NCBI GenBank assembly: GCA_014905635.1
Contig: CM026547.1
Location: 4,588,001 to 4,652,000, forward strand
DNA: 64,000 nt
Direction of reading: 5' to 3'
Origin: Scenedesmus sp. PABB004
Lineage: Eukaryota
The translations under genes and the position numbers were made by a program. This document shows positions 24,562 through 37,598 of this stretch, piece after piece. A model generated the notes under the pieces. The model was given only the letters and a program-made list of their open reading frames with translations, searched no databases and was not told the origin of the DNA. Each line of letters begins with the position of its first letter. Position 1 is the stretch's first letter.

Positions 24562-25163
24562 ATGGCGCGCCCCGGGGCCACCGCGCTGGCGCTGGCGGCG
24601 GCGCTCGCGCTGCTGCTGATCGCCGCACCCGCAGCGCGCGCCGCGAGCGCGCGCGCGTCTGCGTCCGCCTCAGCGACCACCGCGCCGGGCCGGCGCCTCC
24701 GCGACGATGCCACTGCGACCGCCGAGGCGGTGGCGCGGCAGGGCGCGAGCGTGAACGCGGTCAGCGAGGCGGGGTCGCGCGGCGGCGCGCCCGCGAGGTC
24801 CGACGTTCGCGCGTCGGGCTCCGGCCCGGGCACGGCCGTCGACTGCCGCCAGGCGGCCAGCCCCGGCCAGCAGCTCTCCAAGGACTGCGTCAGCGGCGAC
24901 GGCGCGGGCGGCGGCGTGGGCCCCGCGTGGGCGGCCGCGCGCGCTTGCCGGCGTGGCGCGATCGCATACCGCGTCGTGCGTGATGCCCAGGGCCGGCCGT
25001 GGGGCTGGGAGGACGGAGCCAGCTGCGCGCTGAGGTGGGCGCCGGTCGGCCGCGCGCGCGGCGCCGCGCCGCCGCGCCGCTGGCGCAGCAACCTGCGCGG
25101 CGCCAACGCCCCGCCGCTCCGGCCGCGCTCTGCAGGGACGCGCAGGGCAAGCCGACAGCGTGA
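24562..25163 (+). CDS. Small secreted protein with a C-terminal CBM10/dockerin-like motif
   Basis: Signal peptide [30 protein letters not shown] motif; W..A.AC...DAQGRPWGWEDGASCA; intron 25035-25135 gives the C-terminus RDAQGKPTA*. Confidence 0.65.
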
Positions 25164-25659
25164 GGCAGCTGCCTCTCTGAGGCGTTTTGAGCAGGAGCGA
25201 CGGCGACACGGCGGTGGCGGGAGCGTGCCGGCGGCGGCTGCGTGTGCGCCACGGGCAGGCCCGCGCGGGGTGGCTGCTGCGCGCCGGGGCGGTTCGTCAC
25301 AGTTGAGCGGCGCGGCGAGTTGGCGGCCACGAGCGCGAGCTGCGCGCGCGCTCGCAACGTTGACCTCAGGCTTGGGCCACGCCCGCGCCCGCGACCGCGT
25401 CGGACCGCCCGCATCGCCGGCAAGCCGCAGCTGCGCAGCCGCCGACGCGCGTGCGCTCGCCGCTGCCAGCGGCTGGGCTGGCTGCGACGGGCTGCGGCGC
25501 TGGCCGTGGACGGGCCGGACGCAGGCGGCGTTGCAACGCGCCAGCCGCGCGCCCCGCCCCAAGATCCCCCCGGCTGCCTCTCCAGCGAGCTCTCCCTGCC
25601 CCCCCCGCCCCGCCCGTCGCGCCGTGCGGCCGCGCGGTGCGCCGAGCGCATGCGAGCGC

Positions 25660-27408
25660 TCAGGGGCCCCAGTTCTCATCCATGCGCTCCTTGGGCGACT
25701 TGCGCGGCGGCGGCGGCGCCTCGCCCTCGGCGAGCTCGCCCGCGGGCGCCGCGGGGCGCGCGGGCGGCGGCGGCAGCTCCGCGCGGCGGCGCTCAATCAT
25801 CTCCTTGTACTGCTCCTTGGTCACCTGTGTGTGTGTGGGCGCAGCGCACGGCGCGGGGCAGAGGGCGCGTGTGAGCCGCGGCGCCGCGGCGCCGCAGCAG
25901 CAGGGGGCGGCACGCAGCACACAGCGCACAGCGCGTGCACGGCGCGCAGCGCGCGGCGCCGCGCCTTGCTGACTGCGAACCAGGGCAGGCCCTTGCCCTG
26001 GCTCGCGGTGTAGGGCTCGACCTCGGCGCTGCGGAAGCGCCAGCTGCCCGCGCTCGCAGCCATGAAGGCGTCGCCGTCGAGCACGCTGCGCTTGGCCATG
26101 TCCTCGCTGTCCGTCACGTACGCGTCCTTGACCACGGGGAAGCGCTTGTTGCTGCCAGACACCTGGAACACCGCCTGCGCGCGGTCGCGCGCAGTCGTGC
26201 GGTCGTGCGTGAGCGCGCGCACGAACGCTGCAGCCGGGCCCAGGCGTGCGTGCGTGCGCCCGCCTGCGCCGCCCGGCCAAGGCAGGGCGCCCGCACCTCG
26301 TCGCCGCCGATGATGTGGTCGATGATGCCATACTCGCGCGCCTCCAGCGGCGACATGTACCTGCGGCCGCACGCGCCGCACGGGACATGCGGGCTGAGGC
26401 CACCGCCGCGCGCGGCGCGGCGAGCGTGCTCCGCGTGCTGCGTGCGCTGCGTGCGCTGTGCGCCGCGCGCCTGTCGCGGTCGGTGTCCTCCTCAATCTTG
26501 GCGAGCGGCTGGCCGGTGTAGTCGGCCATGATGCGGTTGAGGTTGGCCTGCGCGCGCCGGGACACACACACGCGCGCGACGGGGCGAAGGTCGCACGTCA
26601 GCCGGCGCTGAGCAGGGGGGCGGCGCCGCCGCTCGCGCAGCCGCCGCAGCCGCCGCAGCCCGCGCGGCGCGCGCCGCGTGCTGCGCGCCTTGTGGTACAT
26701 GATCTCCTTGGCCTGGATCTCAATGTCCACCGCCTGCCCCGACGCGCCGCCGAGGGGCTGGTGAATCATGATGCGGCTGTTGGGCATGCTGTGCCGCTTG
26801 CCGCGCCGCCCCGCGCCGAGCAGGAACGCGCCCATCGACGCCGCGAGGCCGAAGCAGTACGTCTGCACGTCCGCGCGGCAGAGCATCATCGCGTCATAGA
26901 TGCCCATGCCGGCGGTCACGCTGCCGCCTGCGGCGCGACGCGGCGGCGGCGGCGCCGCGGCGCGGTTGAGCGCGGCGGCGCGGTTGAGCGCGGCGGCGGG
27001 CGGCGGGGTGGGCGGCGGCGGGGTGGGCGCCCCCGGCGGCCGCCTGCGGCGCCGCCGCCCCGACGGCGCACCGGGGGAGTTGATGAAGAGCTTGATGTCC
27101 TTGCTCGCGTCCTGGTTGTCCAGCAGCAGCAGCTGGCTGACCAGGGCGTCGGCGCCAAAGTCCTCGACCTCGCCGCCGAGGAAGATGATGCGCTGGCGCA
27201 GCAGCAGGCCAAACGGATCGCCCGCCATGTCGGCGGTGCGGGGCGCGAGAATGGGCTGGCCGTTGGCCTGGATCCAGGGCCGGTCGCGCCCGCGCTCGCT
27301 GGCCTCGGTCTGCGTCCAGGCCGCGCGCACGCGCAGCGGGGCCCGGCTGCTGCGGCATGCCCGCCCGCAGCCGGCGCCCGCGGGCGCGCGGCTCGCCAGC
27401 AGCGACAT
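25660..27408 (-). CDS. Nuclear-encoded plastid ClpP protease subunit (ClpP3/4-type) with C-terminal extension
   Basis: [31 protein letters not shown] (catalytic Ser), RIMIHQP (His), [20 protein letters not shown]; 5 introns, 3 with GC donors. Confidence 0.95.
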   Translation of the reverse strand: MSLLASRAPAGAGCGRACRSSRAPLRVRAAWTQTEASERGRDRPWIQANGQPILAPRTADMAGDPFGLLLRQRIIFLGGEVEDFGADALVSQLLLLDNQDASKDIKLFINSPGAPSGRRRRRRPPGAPTPPPPTPPPAAALNRAAALNRAAAPPPPRRAAGGSVTAGMGIYDAMMLCRADVQTYCFGLAASMGAFLLGAGRRGKRHSMPNSRIMIHQPLGGASGQAVDIEIQAKEIMYHKARSTRRAPRGLRRLRRLRERRRRPPAQRRLTCDLRPVARVCVSRRAQANLNRIMADYTGQPLAKIEEDTDRDRRAAHSARSARSTRSTLAAPRAAVASARMSRAARAAAGTCRRWRRASMASSTTSSAATRCGRPALAGRRRRAHARTPGPGCSVRARAHARPHDCARPRAGGVPGVWQQQALPRGQGRVRDGQRGHGQAQRARRRRLHGCERGQLALPQRRGRALHREPGQGPALVRSQQGAAPRAARRARAVRCVLRAAPCCCGAAAPRLTRALCPAPCAAPTHTQVTKEQYKEMIERRRAELPPPPARPAAPAGELAEGEAPPPPRKSPKERMDENWGP

Positions 27409-28025
27409 CTGCGGCCGGAGGCGGGCGGAGCGCCCGCGTTGGGAGGCGGGGAGCCAGCCAGCAATCGCGGCCGCTCGCGGCGCGTGGGGCCCTCCCATCA
27501 CCGCGGGTGGCCTCAGGCGCCCGGGGCGCTCGCGCCGGCGCCCGGGCGCGGCTGCGGCTGTTCCACGGCCCCGACCCCCGCTCCGGCCGCCCGCATGCAC
27601 TGCCGTAGAGCCGCAGGCGCCACGGGCCTGCTGCGCCGGGGCCGCTGCCGCCGCTGCGCCCGCCGCTGCTGCCGCCGCCGCTGCTGCTGCTGCTGCCCCC
27701 GCCCGCATGGCGAAGCGCGGACGCCCATGTCCGCCGCACCTTGACGGGGGCCTGCCTAGGGCCGCTGCTGGCGGCCTGAGCGCGGGGCGCGGGCCTCGGT
27801 CGGCGATGGATCGCCTGGGCCTGCGTGCGCTGGAGCTACCCGGCCGCTGCTGCGTCGCCTGGTCGGCGCGTGTGACGGCGGGAGGCCAGCCGGTGCGGAG
27901 CGGGCGGCACGACCGCGGGGAGCCGCGCGGCCGCGAGACTCGGCCGGGGCGCAAGCCCGCTTCCCAACGCAACGCGCTGCCCCCTCGGCTCCCGTTGAGT
28001 GTTGCCCTGCCGCTCTCCCAACCGG

Positions 28026-30237
28026 TCACACGCCCTCGCCGACGCCGAGGTGCACGACGACCTGCCCCTGCACCGCGCCGCGGCACACGGGGCAGCGGAG
28101 CACGCCGTCCGGCCCGCGGTGCGCGGCGCACGGGGCACAGGCATTGAAGTGCATGCACGGCAGCAGCACGGTGTCGCGGGGGCGGTCAAAGCAGATCTGG
28201 CACGCGCGCGCCTCCGCCGCGGCGGCCAGCCCCGCCTGCGCCGTCGCCGCGGCCTCCTCGGCGATCGCGAGCCGCGCGCGCAGGTCGTCGGCGAGGGTCT
28301 GCGCCGACGCGAGCTGCGCCGCGTGCGCCGCCGCCGCCGCGTCGCGCGCCGCCGCGCCGGCCTGGTGCAGGTCGAGCGCGAGCGTGAGGCTCGACAGCAG
28401 CTGCGCCGCGCTCGCGGTGCTGCTCGCAACGCGCAGCACGTCCAGCGCCGCGGCGACGCCGGGCGGCGTGCCGCGCCCGCCGCCGCCGCCGCCGCCGCCC
28501 GGCGGCGGCGCCTCGGCCCCCTCCGCGCCCAGGCCCAGCGCCGCCGCGAGCAGCGGTTCGTCGTGGGCCAGCTCCGCAAAGGCCATGAGCAGCTGCTCGC
28601 CAGCCGGGCGCGCCGCGACCGCCGCGACCGCGCCGCCAAACGGCCCCGCCAGCACGGCCGCCAGCCCGCCGCCGCGCACGGCCGCCAGGACCGCCGCGAG
28701 CGAGGGGTAGCGCTGCTGCAGCGCGGACAGCACGCCGCCGTCGCCGCCCGCGCCGGGGTGCTGCGGCGCCAGGCTGCCGCCGCCGGCGGCGCTGCCACCG
28801 CCGGCGCCCTCTTCCCCGGCGGGCTCGCCCGTGCGCGGCTGCTTGTGGGCGGGCGGGCTGCCCCGCGCCGCCTGCTCCGCCTCACCGCGCGAGGGCTGAA
28901 CTTGACGCAGTCCAGGCACAGGCTCTCCGTCCTCGGGCTGCTGCCGCTTGTGCGTGACAAAGGCCGCCTGCGGCATGTCCTCGTCCCCGTCGGGCGCTGC
29001 CGTCGAGCTGGAGGCGCGCCGCCGCTTGCTGTCGCCGCTGCCGCCACCCGCGTCGCCGGCTGCTGCGTGCTGCTTGGACGAGCAGCCAGCGCCCACCGGC
29101 GCTGGCGCTGCTTTGTCATTTGAGCTGGGCCAGTGCCACGCTTTCCCCGCCGCGCTGGCGTCCGTGGGTTCTCGCCGCCGGCGTTTTGCGCCTGTGCCGC
29201 CGCTGGCTGGCTGCTGCGCCTGCTGCTGCACCTGCGCCTGCTGCTGCTGCGGCTGCTGCTGTCCCTGCCCGCCTGCAGGCGGCTGGGGGGCGCCGTCCAA
29301 GCCGCCGCCCGCGCCTGGCTGCTGCTGCTCCGCCGCCTGCTCGCTAGGCTCCAGCGGCGGCGTGGCAGGCGGCGCGGCAGAGGGCGGCCACGCTGGCACC
29401 TCTTGCTGTCGCCGCTGCTGCTCGGCCAGCAGGCACGTCAGCGGCGGCGCCGAGGGCTGGTCGCCCTCGGCTTCGACGTCCTGAGCGCCAGCAGCAGCTG
29501 CGCTGGCCGCCTCTGCCGCCGCTGCTGGCACGCCGCCGCCAGGGCTGGCGCGCCCAAACCGCACCGCCCCGACGGCCGTGGCGAGCTTGGCGGCCGCGCT
29601 GTCGGCGGCCTGGCCACCCCCGGGCCAGCCGCGCTTCGCCCCCGCCGCGGCGGCCGCCCACTGCCGCAGGCTCCGCAGCACCGAGGCGTCGGGGCCGCAG
29701 CCCGGGGCCTCGGCGCTCGCGGGCGGGGCGGCGCGCTCGTCGGCGCACGGCGGCTGCTCTGCAAAGCCGGCCCCGCTGCCGTCGAGGCTGGCGCCGCCGC
29801 TGCCACTGGCGCCGTCAGCAGCGGCGCTGCTGCGGCGCGCCAGGATGCGCTTGGCGGCATTGGTCGGGGACACGCCCAGGCCGCCAGCGCCGCCGCCGCC
29901 CGGCTGCAGGCCGCCCGGCTGCAGGTGGCCGCCGAGGCGCGTGCCGCCGCCGCCGCTGCTGCTGCGTGCCGTGCCCACCAGGAAAGGGCTGCACGGTGAA
30001 TGCTGCCGCGGCGCCGCGCCGGCCTGCGCGCGGCGGCGGGCGCGCGGCGGCGGTTGGCGCGGCGTCGCGTGCGCGGTCCCAGCCGTTCATCGATCGCGCC
30101 GCCCGGGCTGGCTAGGCCGCTGCGCGGGGCCGGCTCACCACGTGCTGGCGCAGCCAGGGCGCGCTTCCCCGGGCCGGCTCCTCCTCGGCGCCGCTGCTGT
30201 CGGCGTCGCTGTCTGGCTCCGTTGGCGCGCGATACAT
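28026..30237 (-). CDS. C-terminal RING finger (C3HC4, IAP/MGRN-like) protein, putative E3 ubiquitin ligase
   Basis: [26 protein letters not shown]...CPVCR preceded by a coiled coil; first exon [11 protein letters not shown]...QHV splices in phase to [10 protein letters not shown]. Confidence 0.85.
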
Positions 30238-30531
30238 CGCGCCGTCGCTCCCTGATCGCGACGGGCAGATCGCACCGGCGCGGGGACCGGCTCGCAGGCG
30301 GCGCGGCGCAGGGGCGGCGCGCAACGCCGGCGGTGGGCGGCGGTTGCGCTGCGCTGCGCAGCACGCGCTCGCGCGGGTTGCCGCGAGGCCGACCTGCCGC
30401 GCCGCGTTGCAAGCATGAGAGCAGCGCCGCCGCGCCAACTTGAGAACCGCGGCGCGCGCCGCTCAACCCTGCGCTCGTGCTGACGTGACGCTCGCGAGCT
30501 CAGCAGCCGAACCCTGCGAGCTCGTCCGAAC

Positions 30532-30938
30532 CTAACGCTCGCTCAGCATCTCGACCAGCTCCTGGTCGACGCCGTAGCCGCCCGGCCCGTCGTCGCTGAG
30601 CCGCGGCCCCGGGTACACGGGCAGCGCCGCCGACGTGGCCGTCGCGAACTGGTGCTGCTGCAGCTGCTGCAGCCGCAGCAGCGCCTGCTGCTGCTGCAGC
30701 TGGAACACCTGCTGCGCCTGAAGCTGCTGCGCCTGCAGCCCGTACGGGCCCGGCAGCGTTGCCCCTCCGCCGCCGCCGCCGCCGCCGCCGGCCGCCGGGC
30801 GCGGCGCGTAGTGGTAAGCCAGCGGCTGCTGCTGCCCCACCACGTACATGCTCGCGCTGGGCGCGCCGGCGGGCAGGACCTGCGGCAAGCGCAGGCCTTG
30901 CTGTGCCCGCTGCTGGGCGTAAAGTGCCTGCAGCAGCG

Positions 30939-31000
<62 letters not shown>

Positions 31001-31688
31001 AGCTGCTGCAGCTGGGGCTGGGGCTGCTGCTGCTGCACGCGCGCGCCGTTCGCCACGCCGCCGCACGACGACAGCGTAACGAAACCCTGCGCCGGCCGGC
31101 CGCCGGCGCCAGCCGTCACGTGCACGGGCGGCCCGACCGCGGCCGCCGCGACGCGCGCCGTTGACCCGTGCGCCTGCTGGTGCTGCGGCGCCGCGCCGCG
31201 CGGGCTGCCCAGCCCTGCCGCCAGCTGCTGTTGCTGCTGGTGGTGGTGCTGCTGCTGCTGCTGGTGCTGCTGCGCCTGCTGCCGTGCCGCCTGCTGCAGC
31301 TGCTGCTGGTGCAGCAGCTGCGCCTGCTGCTGCTGCGCGGCCTGCTGCTGCGCCACCTGCGGCCCGCGGCCGAGGTGGATCACCAGCCGCGGCGGCTGCG
31401 GCGGCGGCTGCGGCGGCGCCGCGGGGCGACTGGGCTCATCGTCGTCGTCGTCGTCGTCGTCCGAGACCAGGTCGATCACCTCAGGCCCGGCCCTGGCCGC
31501 CCGGGGCGCGAGCGCCTGCGCCTCGGCGCACGCGCGCCTGCGGCGCCGCGCCGGGCGGCGTGAGGCAATGCTGCCGCGCCGCCGGCGCCGCCCCGCACCC
31601 GCCAGCGCGCGTGCCCGCGCAGGCCCGCCGGCCCGGCCGGCCCCGCACCGCAGCTCCTCGGTCTCGTCCACGTCGTCGCTGTCGGTGT

Positions 31689-31720
<32 letters not shown>

Positions 31721-34067
31721 GCGCCAGGCTCCGCCCGGGGCGCGCGCGCCGCCGCGAGCGCCGCCGCGAGGCGCGCGGCCGCCGCGGGCACGTCCCGCGC
31801 CTGCTCCAGCGGGGGCATGAACGGAACGTCGGCGCGCGCGGGCCGCCAGGCGCCGTGCTCGTCCACCTCAATCTCCAGCACCTCTGGCAGCCCCGCCAGC
31901 ACGGCCAGCACGTGCGCGATGTAGGCGTCAACCTGCAGGAGCCGCACCGTGCGCGTGAGCAGGGCGCGGCGGCGCGGCGCGGCGTCGCGCGGCGCGGCGC
32001 GGTGCAGGCGGCAGCGCGCGCACGCGCACGCGCACCTGCAGCTCCTGCACGCAGCTCGCCTCGCCGCTGTGCGGGTCGATCCACTTGCGCGTGTGCGCCG
32101 CGACGTCCAGGAAGGCCGCCAGGTCAAACGCCCAGGCCGCGCCGCTGCGCGGCGCGTCGGCAAAGCGCACCGGCACGGCCATGCGCGCGTGCGTCAGCGG
32201 GTCGCGCAGCGGGAGCGTGGAGTTGGAGACCACCACCACGTCGTCGTCGTCGTCGCCGGCACCAGGGTCGGCGCTCGGCGCGCGGCTGCTGCGGCCGTGC
32301 AGGGCCTGCCGCACGCGTCGCACCGCCGCGTCGAGCGGCTCCGGCGCCCGCATCAGCGCCTGCCCGCGGCGGCGGCGGCGGCGGCGGTGGGCAGGCGGCC
32401 GAGGGGGCCTGGCAGCGGCAGCAGCGCGCGGCGCGCGGGGCGCACCTTGACCTGCTCTTGGTCGCGGCGGCGCATGATGTACACGCCCAGCAGCCAGCTG
32501 CGCGCCGGGTCGGCGAGCTCGAGCTGCACCGCGCGCCGCAGCCCGCCCGCCGCCGTGGCGCTCAGCGACGCTGTGACGAGCGGCGAGAGGTTGGCCGGCG
32601 CGTCGCGCTGCTTGGGGCCGAGCTTGGTGCTCGCGCCGCGCTGCTGCACTGGCTTGAGCATCACAAACGTGCCGGCGGCGCTCTCGATCGACAGCTCCGC
32701 GTGCACCGGCCAGTGCAGCCGGAACGGCACGGGGTCGTCCAGCTGCAGGCAGACGGCCTGTGGGCGGCGCGGCGGCGTGGCGGCGCGGCGGCGCGGCGGC
32801 GCGCGCGGCGCGGCGGCGCGGCGGCGCGGCACGGGTGTGTGCGCAGTGCCGGCGGCTTCGCTGGCGCCCGGCAGCAAGCGGGTGCGGCGGCAGTGCAGCG
32901 GCGCCGGCGCTCCCGCGTCTCCCCCGCCTCCCGGCGCACCTGCAGCTGGTACTCGGCCGGCCTGGACTGCAGCAGCGCGAGCTGCTGCCGGCCGAGCACC
33001 AGCAGGCGCTCGCCCGTGGTGCTCTTGTGCACGGCGACCGGCGGGCCCACGCCCGCCGCGACCATCGCCGCGCGGTAGGGCTGGCACAGCGCCGGCACGA
33101 CCGGGGGCATGACCGTGGGGTCATAGAGCTCCCAGAAGGGGTCGGCGCGCGCCACGCGGCAGCGCTCGCAGTAAAAGTGCGGCCGCACCGCCCAGCCCGC
33201 GCCCGGCGGCGGCGGCGGCCCGCCCGCGAGCGCCTGGCGCACGCACGCCGCGTGCTGCCACACGCCGCAGAGCGGTCCCTCGCACTGCAGCATCGGCTCG
33301 CGCGGCACGTGGCTCGCGCAGATGCAGCGCACCGCCGTGTTGGCGAGGCCGCGGCCCTCGCTCGAGAGGAACGCACGGATGACGCGGTCCAGCGGCACCT
33401 CGCCCGCGCGCGGCGCCTCGGCCTCCGCCAGCCGCGGCCGCTTCGGCGCGCCGCCGCCGGCCGGCGGCGGCGCGCCGCCCGCGGCGGCCGCCGCGCCGCC
33501 GGGCGGCGCGGCGGCGCCTCCGCCGCGCGCGGCGACGGGCGCCAGGCCCGCCGCGGTCTGCGCGAGGCGCACGCGGTGCACGGCGTCGGCGCTCGCCGCG
33601 CCGCGGGCGACCATGTCGGCAAACACGGCGTTGATGATGTGCGCCGCCGCCTCGAGGCGGCCCTGGTTGCGCGGCACAAAGTCGGCCGCCGTGCCGGCGC
33701 TGGCGCGGCGGCGGCGGCGCGGCGGCGGCGGAGTGAGCGCGGGCGCGCGCTGCTGCCGGGCGGCCGCCGCGGCTGCTGCTGCGGGCGGCGCGCGCACAGG
33801 TTGGCGGCGTCGACAAACACGGCCCAGATGCGCGCGTGGAGCTCGTCCTTGCGCCCCGTGCGCGAGAGGCTCAGCTGCTTGAGCACCTCCTTGGCCTCGT
33901 TCACGCGCAGCGCCGCCACCTGGGCCTGGTGTGCCCGCGGCGGCGCGGCGGCGGCGGCGCGCGGGCGGTGTGCGCCTGCACGCGGCGCCGGGCGGCTGCC
34001 GCTGCATCGGCCCGCGCCGCCCGCGGCCCGGGCGCACCTTCACCACCTCAAAGTGGACCTTGCCCAT
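30532..34067 (-). CDS. SIZ1: SUMO E3 ligase SIZ1-like (SAP, PHD, degenerate SP-RING, poly-Q tail)
   Basis: SAP-like LRVNEAKEVLKQLSLSRTGRKDEL; PHD VRCIC...MLQCEGPLCGVWQHAAC...FYCERCRVARADPFW; LDDPVPFRLHWP; MIZ-like region FDL...RKW. Confidence 0.88.
30941..31035 (-). repeat. CAG (poly-Gln) microsatellite in the SIZ1 last exon
   Basis: Long (CTG)n run on the + strand encoding poly-Q on the - strand. Confidence 0.9.
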
Positions 34068-34656
34068 CGCGCTCCGCGCCCCGCGGGCGGCGGGCGGCGC
34101 TCAGCAGCGGTCCGCGGCGTCGCGCCCCCGGCCGGCGCGGCTCGGCGGCGCGCCGCGGCGCCGCCGCTGCATGGCACGGCGGCGCCTGGCTGGCGTGCCG
34201 GGGACGCCGCCTCAGGCAGCCCCCGGCAGCGGCATGCGCCTGGAGCGCCGGGTCTGCTGCTGCCGATGCTGCTCTTGGCGCCGGGGGCCGCGCCCGCCCG
34301 GCGCGGTGGCCCCCCGACGGCGGAAGGCGAGGGTGCGGTTCAGGCAACCGCAGCTGGGGCGCAAGGCCTGCTGTGCATGTGGCTGCGGGCGGGACTCTAG
34401 GCGAGAGAGCGCGAGGCCGGCCCGACAGGCGGCTGGGTGCGGCGAGTGGAGGGTCTGCAGCTGCGGTCAGCCGACTGGCGCCGGCCTGGCAGCGGCGGCG
34501 GCGGTTGTACTCGCGTGCGCCCTGGCTCGGACCGCCGCACCGGCCGTCGGAGGCGCCGGGCCGCACCGCGTGCAATTGCAACTCCCCACCAGCACTTGCA
34601 GCAGCAACTCCAACCCGTCCTAGGCCCCCTGGACTGCGCCGCCCCCCGCCGGCGCC

Positions 34657-36808
34657 TCACGCGTCCCACTCCTGGCGCGCGCTGGGGAAGCGCGCCGCGC
34701 GCTCGCGCGCGCCCGTCGCGTCTTCCCACCACGGCTCGCCGCCCACGGGCACGACCGCGTAGGCGTTGAGCGTGGGGTGGGAGCTGAAGTAGTGGGTCTT
34801 GATGTGCGCCATGTTCACGCTCGCCGCCACGCCGGGCGTCGCATACATGTCCTGCAAGCGGCGCAGCGGCGCCGGCGCCGGCGGCGGCGGTCGCGGCCCG
34901 GCCCTCCACGGCCTACGGCGCGCGTCGGCGCTGCGCCCCCGCGGCGCGCACGCGCGCCGGCGCGCGCCGCCCGCCGCCGGCGCGAGGCGGGCGCGCGCGC
35001 CTGGACGTATGCGCGCAGGTTTGGGTACTCGCGAATGAAGCGGCGGTTGGTCTTGAAGTAGACGACGTACACCTCGTCAAAGCGCACGAGCGTCATGAAC
35101 AGGCGCACTGACCGCAGGGAGTGGAGGCGTGAGCGGCGGCGGGCGCCAGCCAACCGCGCGTGGCGCGGCGCCCGCCGGGCCACCCAGCAGCGTGGATGGA
35201 CGCTGCGGCGCTGCACCTCCACCCCCGCCGCGCTGGCCCCTGCAGCCCCCGCGCCGCGTGCGCGCGGGCCGCCCTCCCCTGCCGCACCGTCGGCCTCGGT
35301 CAGCGCGTCGCCCAGCAGGTAGCGCCCGCGGCCGAGCAGCTCCTCGCAGCGGTCCAGCGCGGCAAAGAGCTCGCTGCGGCGCGGCGACGTGTGCCGCGGC
35401 GGGGCAGAGCGCAGCGGGGCGTCGGCGCGCGCGCCGCGTCGTGCGCTGCGCTGCGCTGCGACGTGCGCTGCGCCGCGCCGCCACACCCAAAGGCCTCCTC
35501 GTACGCCGCCTGGCTCTGCGCGAAGCCGCAGCGGTACACCTGCGGCCCACGCGGCATCGGCGCGCGCGCGGCGTCGGCCCGCGCGCAGCGCTGCGCGGCG
35601 CGCACGCTCCTCCCTGCGCCCGCGCGCCAGCCCGGCCCAGGGCGGTCCGGACCGCGCCCGCCGCTGCGCCCGCCGCGCGCAGGCCCCCGCCGCGCCGCGC
35701 ACGCCGTTGTTGATGGCGGGATAGACCCAGTCGTTCACGGCGTCGATCGCGCCCGCGAGCGCGGCGGGGCGGAGGTCGAGCCCGGGGCGCGCCGCGAGGC
35801 CGGGGGCGTTGAACGCGCTGTTGAAGAGGCGCAGGATGTCGGAGGACTCGTTGTTGACGATGCGGCGCGCCACGCGGTCAAAGAGCACCGGCACGCTGTA
35901 CTTGCCTGCCAGCAGCGAGTGCGGCGCCGGCGGCGGCGGCGGGCGGTGACAGCCGTGAGCTGAGCGCGGCGGCGTGGCGGTCGCGGAGCGGGCCGCGGCG
36001 CGGCGCGGCTGCGCGCGGCGGCTGCGCGCACCGGTGGTGTCGTTTGAGAGCTCGTACAGGTCTCGAATGAACTTGGCGCCGCACACGGGGTCGGGCACGC
36101 AGCCGGTGCAGGGGAACGAGCCGTGGCCTGGCGACGGAGCGGCGGGGCGGTGCTGGGTGCGCCGGGCGCGCTGGGCGCGCTGGGCGCGGGGGCCCAGCGC
36201 TCCCGCCCGCCTGTGTGCCCCCCCCCCCCCACACACACACCACCACACACCCGTGCTGCTGGAGAGCGGCGGGTCGTCGGGGGACACGAAGGCCCAGCCC
36301 GTGTGCGCGTCGGCGGGGTCGGCGGGGCGCGTGCGCTGCCAGGTCGGGTGCGTGACCGCGACGTCAATCACGTGACCCAGGCCCTGCGCGGCGCGGGGGC
36401 GCGGGCCGTGTGACATCGGGCTCGGCCGAGGCGAGTGAGCGGTCGCTGGCCGGCACCGCGCCGCCGCCGCGCCTCGCCGCTGGCCCGCCCGCCCGCCCGC
36501 CGCACGCAGCCTGGCGCGCTTGTGCGCGGCGCGGCCCCGCCCGCGGCAGCGGCGCGCGCCTTCATGTGCAGCACTGCGAGCGCGCGGCAGGCCCAGGGGC
36601 AGGCGTAGGAGACGTACAAGACGTAGCGCCCCGCCTCGGGCGGGAACGCGGTGCCGGGCGCGATCGTCTCGCGAAACCCGGCCGCCGTGCGCACGAACGC
36701 GCCGCCCGCCGACACCCTGCGTTGAGGGGAGCAGGGCGGCGTGGGTGTGCTGCGCGCGCCTCGCCGGCCACGCCTCGGCTCGCGGGCGCCGCTGGCCGCG
36801 CGTCGCAG

Positions 36809-36843
<35 letters not shown>

Positions 36844-36974
36844 GCTCCCCGCACGGCTCACTCGTCGACGGCCGTGCGCGGCGCGCTGGCCATGGCGCGC
36901 AGCTGGGCCGGGGATTGGCGGGCGCAGACGGCGGCGGCGACGCGCGGAGCAGCGGCGCGCGTGCAGAGCAGCAT
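34657..36974 (-). CDS. Glutathionyl-hydroquinone reductase (YqjG/ECM4, omega/Xi-class GST) with transit peptide
   Basis: GRYVLYVSYACPWA, KYSVPVLFD...IVNNESSDILR, VYPAINNGVYRCGFA, RFDEVYVVYFK, VNMAHIKTHYFSSH; 8 introns. Alternative ATGs at 37058, 36974 and 36893. Confidence 0.95.
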
Positions 36975-37598
36975 GCGTGGGGCGGCTGGAGGGGGCGCGT
37001 CAGTGCGTCGGCGCGCGAGCGGTCTGGGTGCGACGGGCGGCGCGGCCGGAAGCAGCATGTGGAGGTGTGTGCGGGTGCGGGGCTTTGAGCGTCCGCTGGC
37101 GCACTGCTAATCTTGGAGGGGCAGCGCAAATGCGCTCCTGCGCGGCGCATCGGGCCCCAAGAACGCCTCCAGGCAAGTGCGACCGCGGGACCGCGCCAGG
37201 GGTGCTTCCTCCGGCTGCGGGCGGCGCCGCGCGCTCCGCCGTGCGGGCGGAGCGGCGACCGAACGGCGCGTGCCGCCTGCGCGCGTGCTCGCGTGAGACC
37301 GCGCCGTCGTCCTGCACCTCCCCCACGACCCGCGCCGCTCGTGCGCCGCCGCCGCGGGCGCGTGGCCCGCCGCCCGCCGCGCGCGCGAGCCGCCGCCGGC
37401 CCTGCACGCCCCGCGCGCCTCGCCGGGTGCCGGCTCAGTTCGGGGGCTTCACGGGCGCGGCGTGGCGGGCTCGCGCAGTGGCGCACTAATACCTGACCCG
37501 CGCTGCTGCCCTCGCCCGCGCCCGCGCGGCGACGGCCCGCCGGCCCGCCACCTCGCGCGCACCTTTGCCACGGTCACCCGGCGCCGCGCAACCGCACA

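Noticed and set aside
25660..26175. Long C-terminal extension on ClpP
   Set aside because: Extensions are a known property of nuclear-encoded plastid ClpP/R subunits in green algae and plants.
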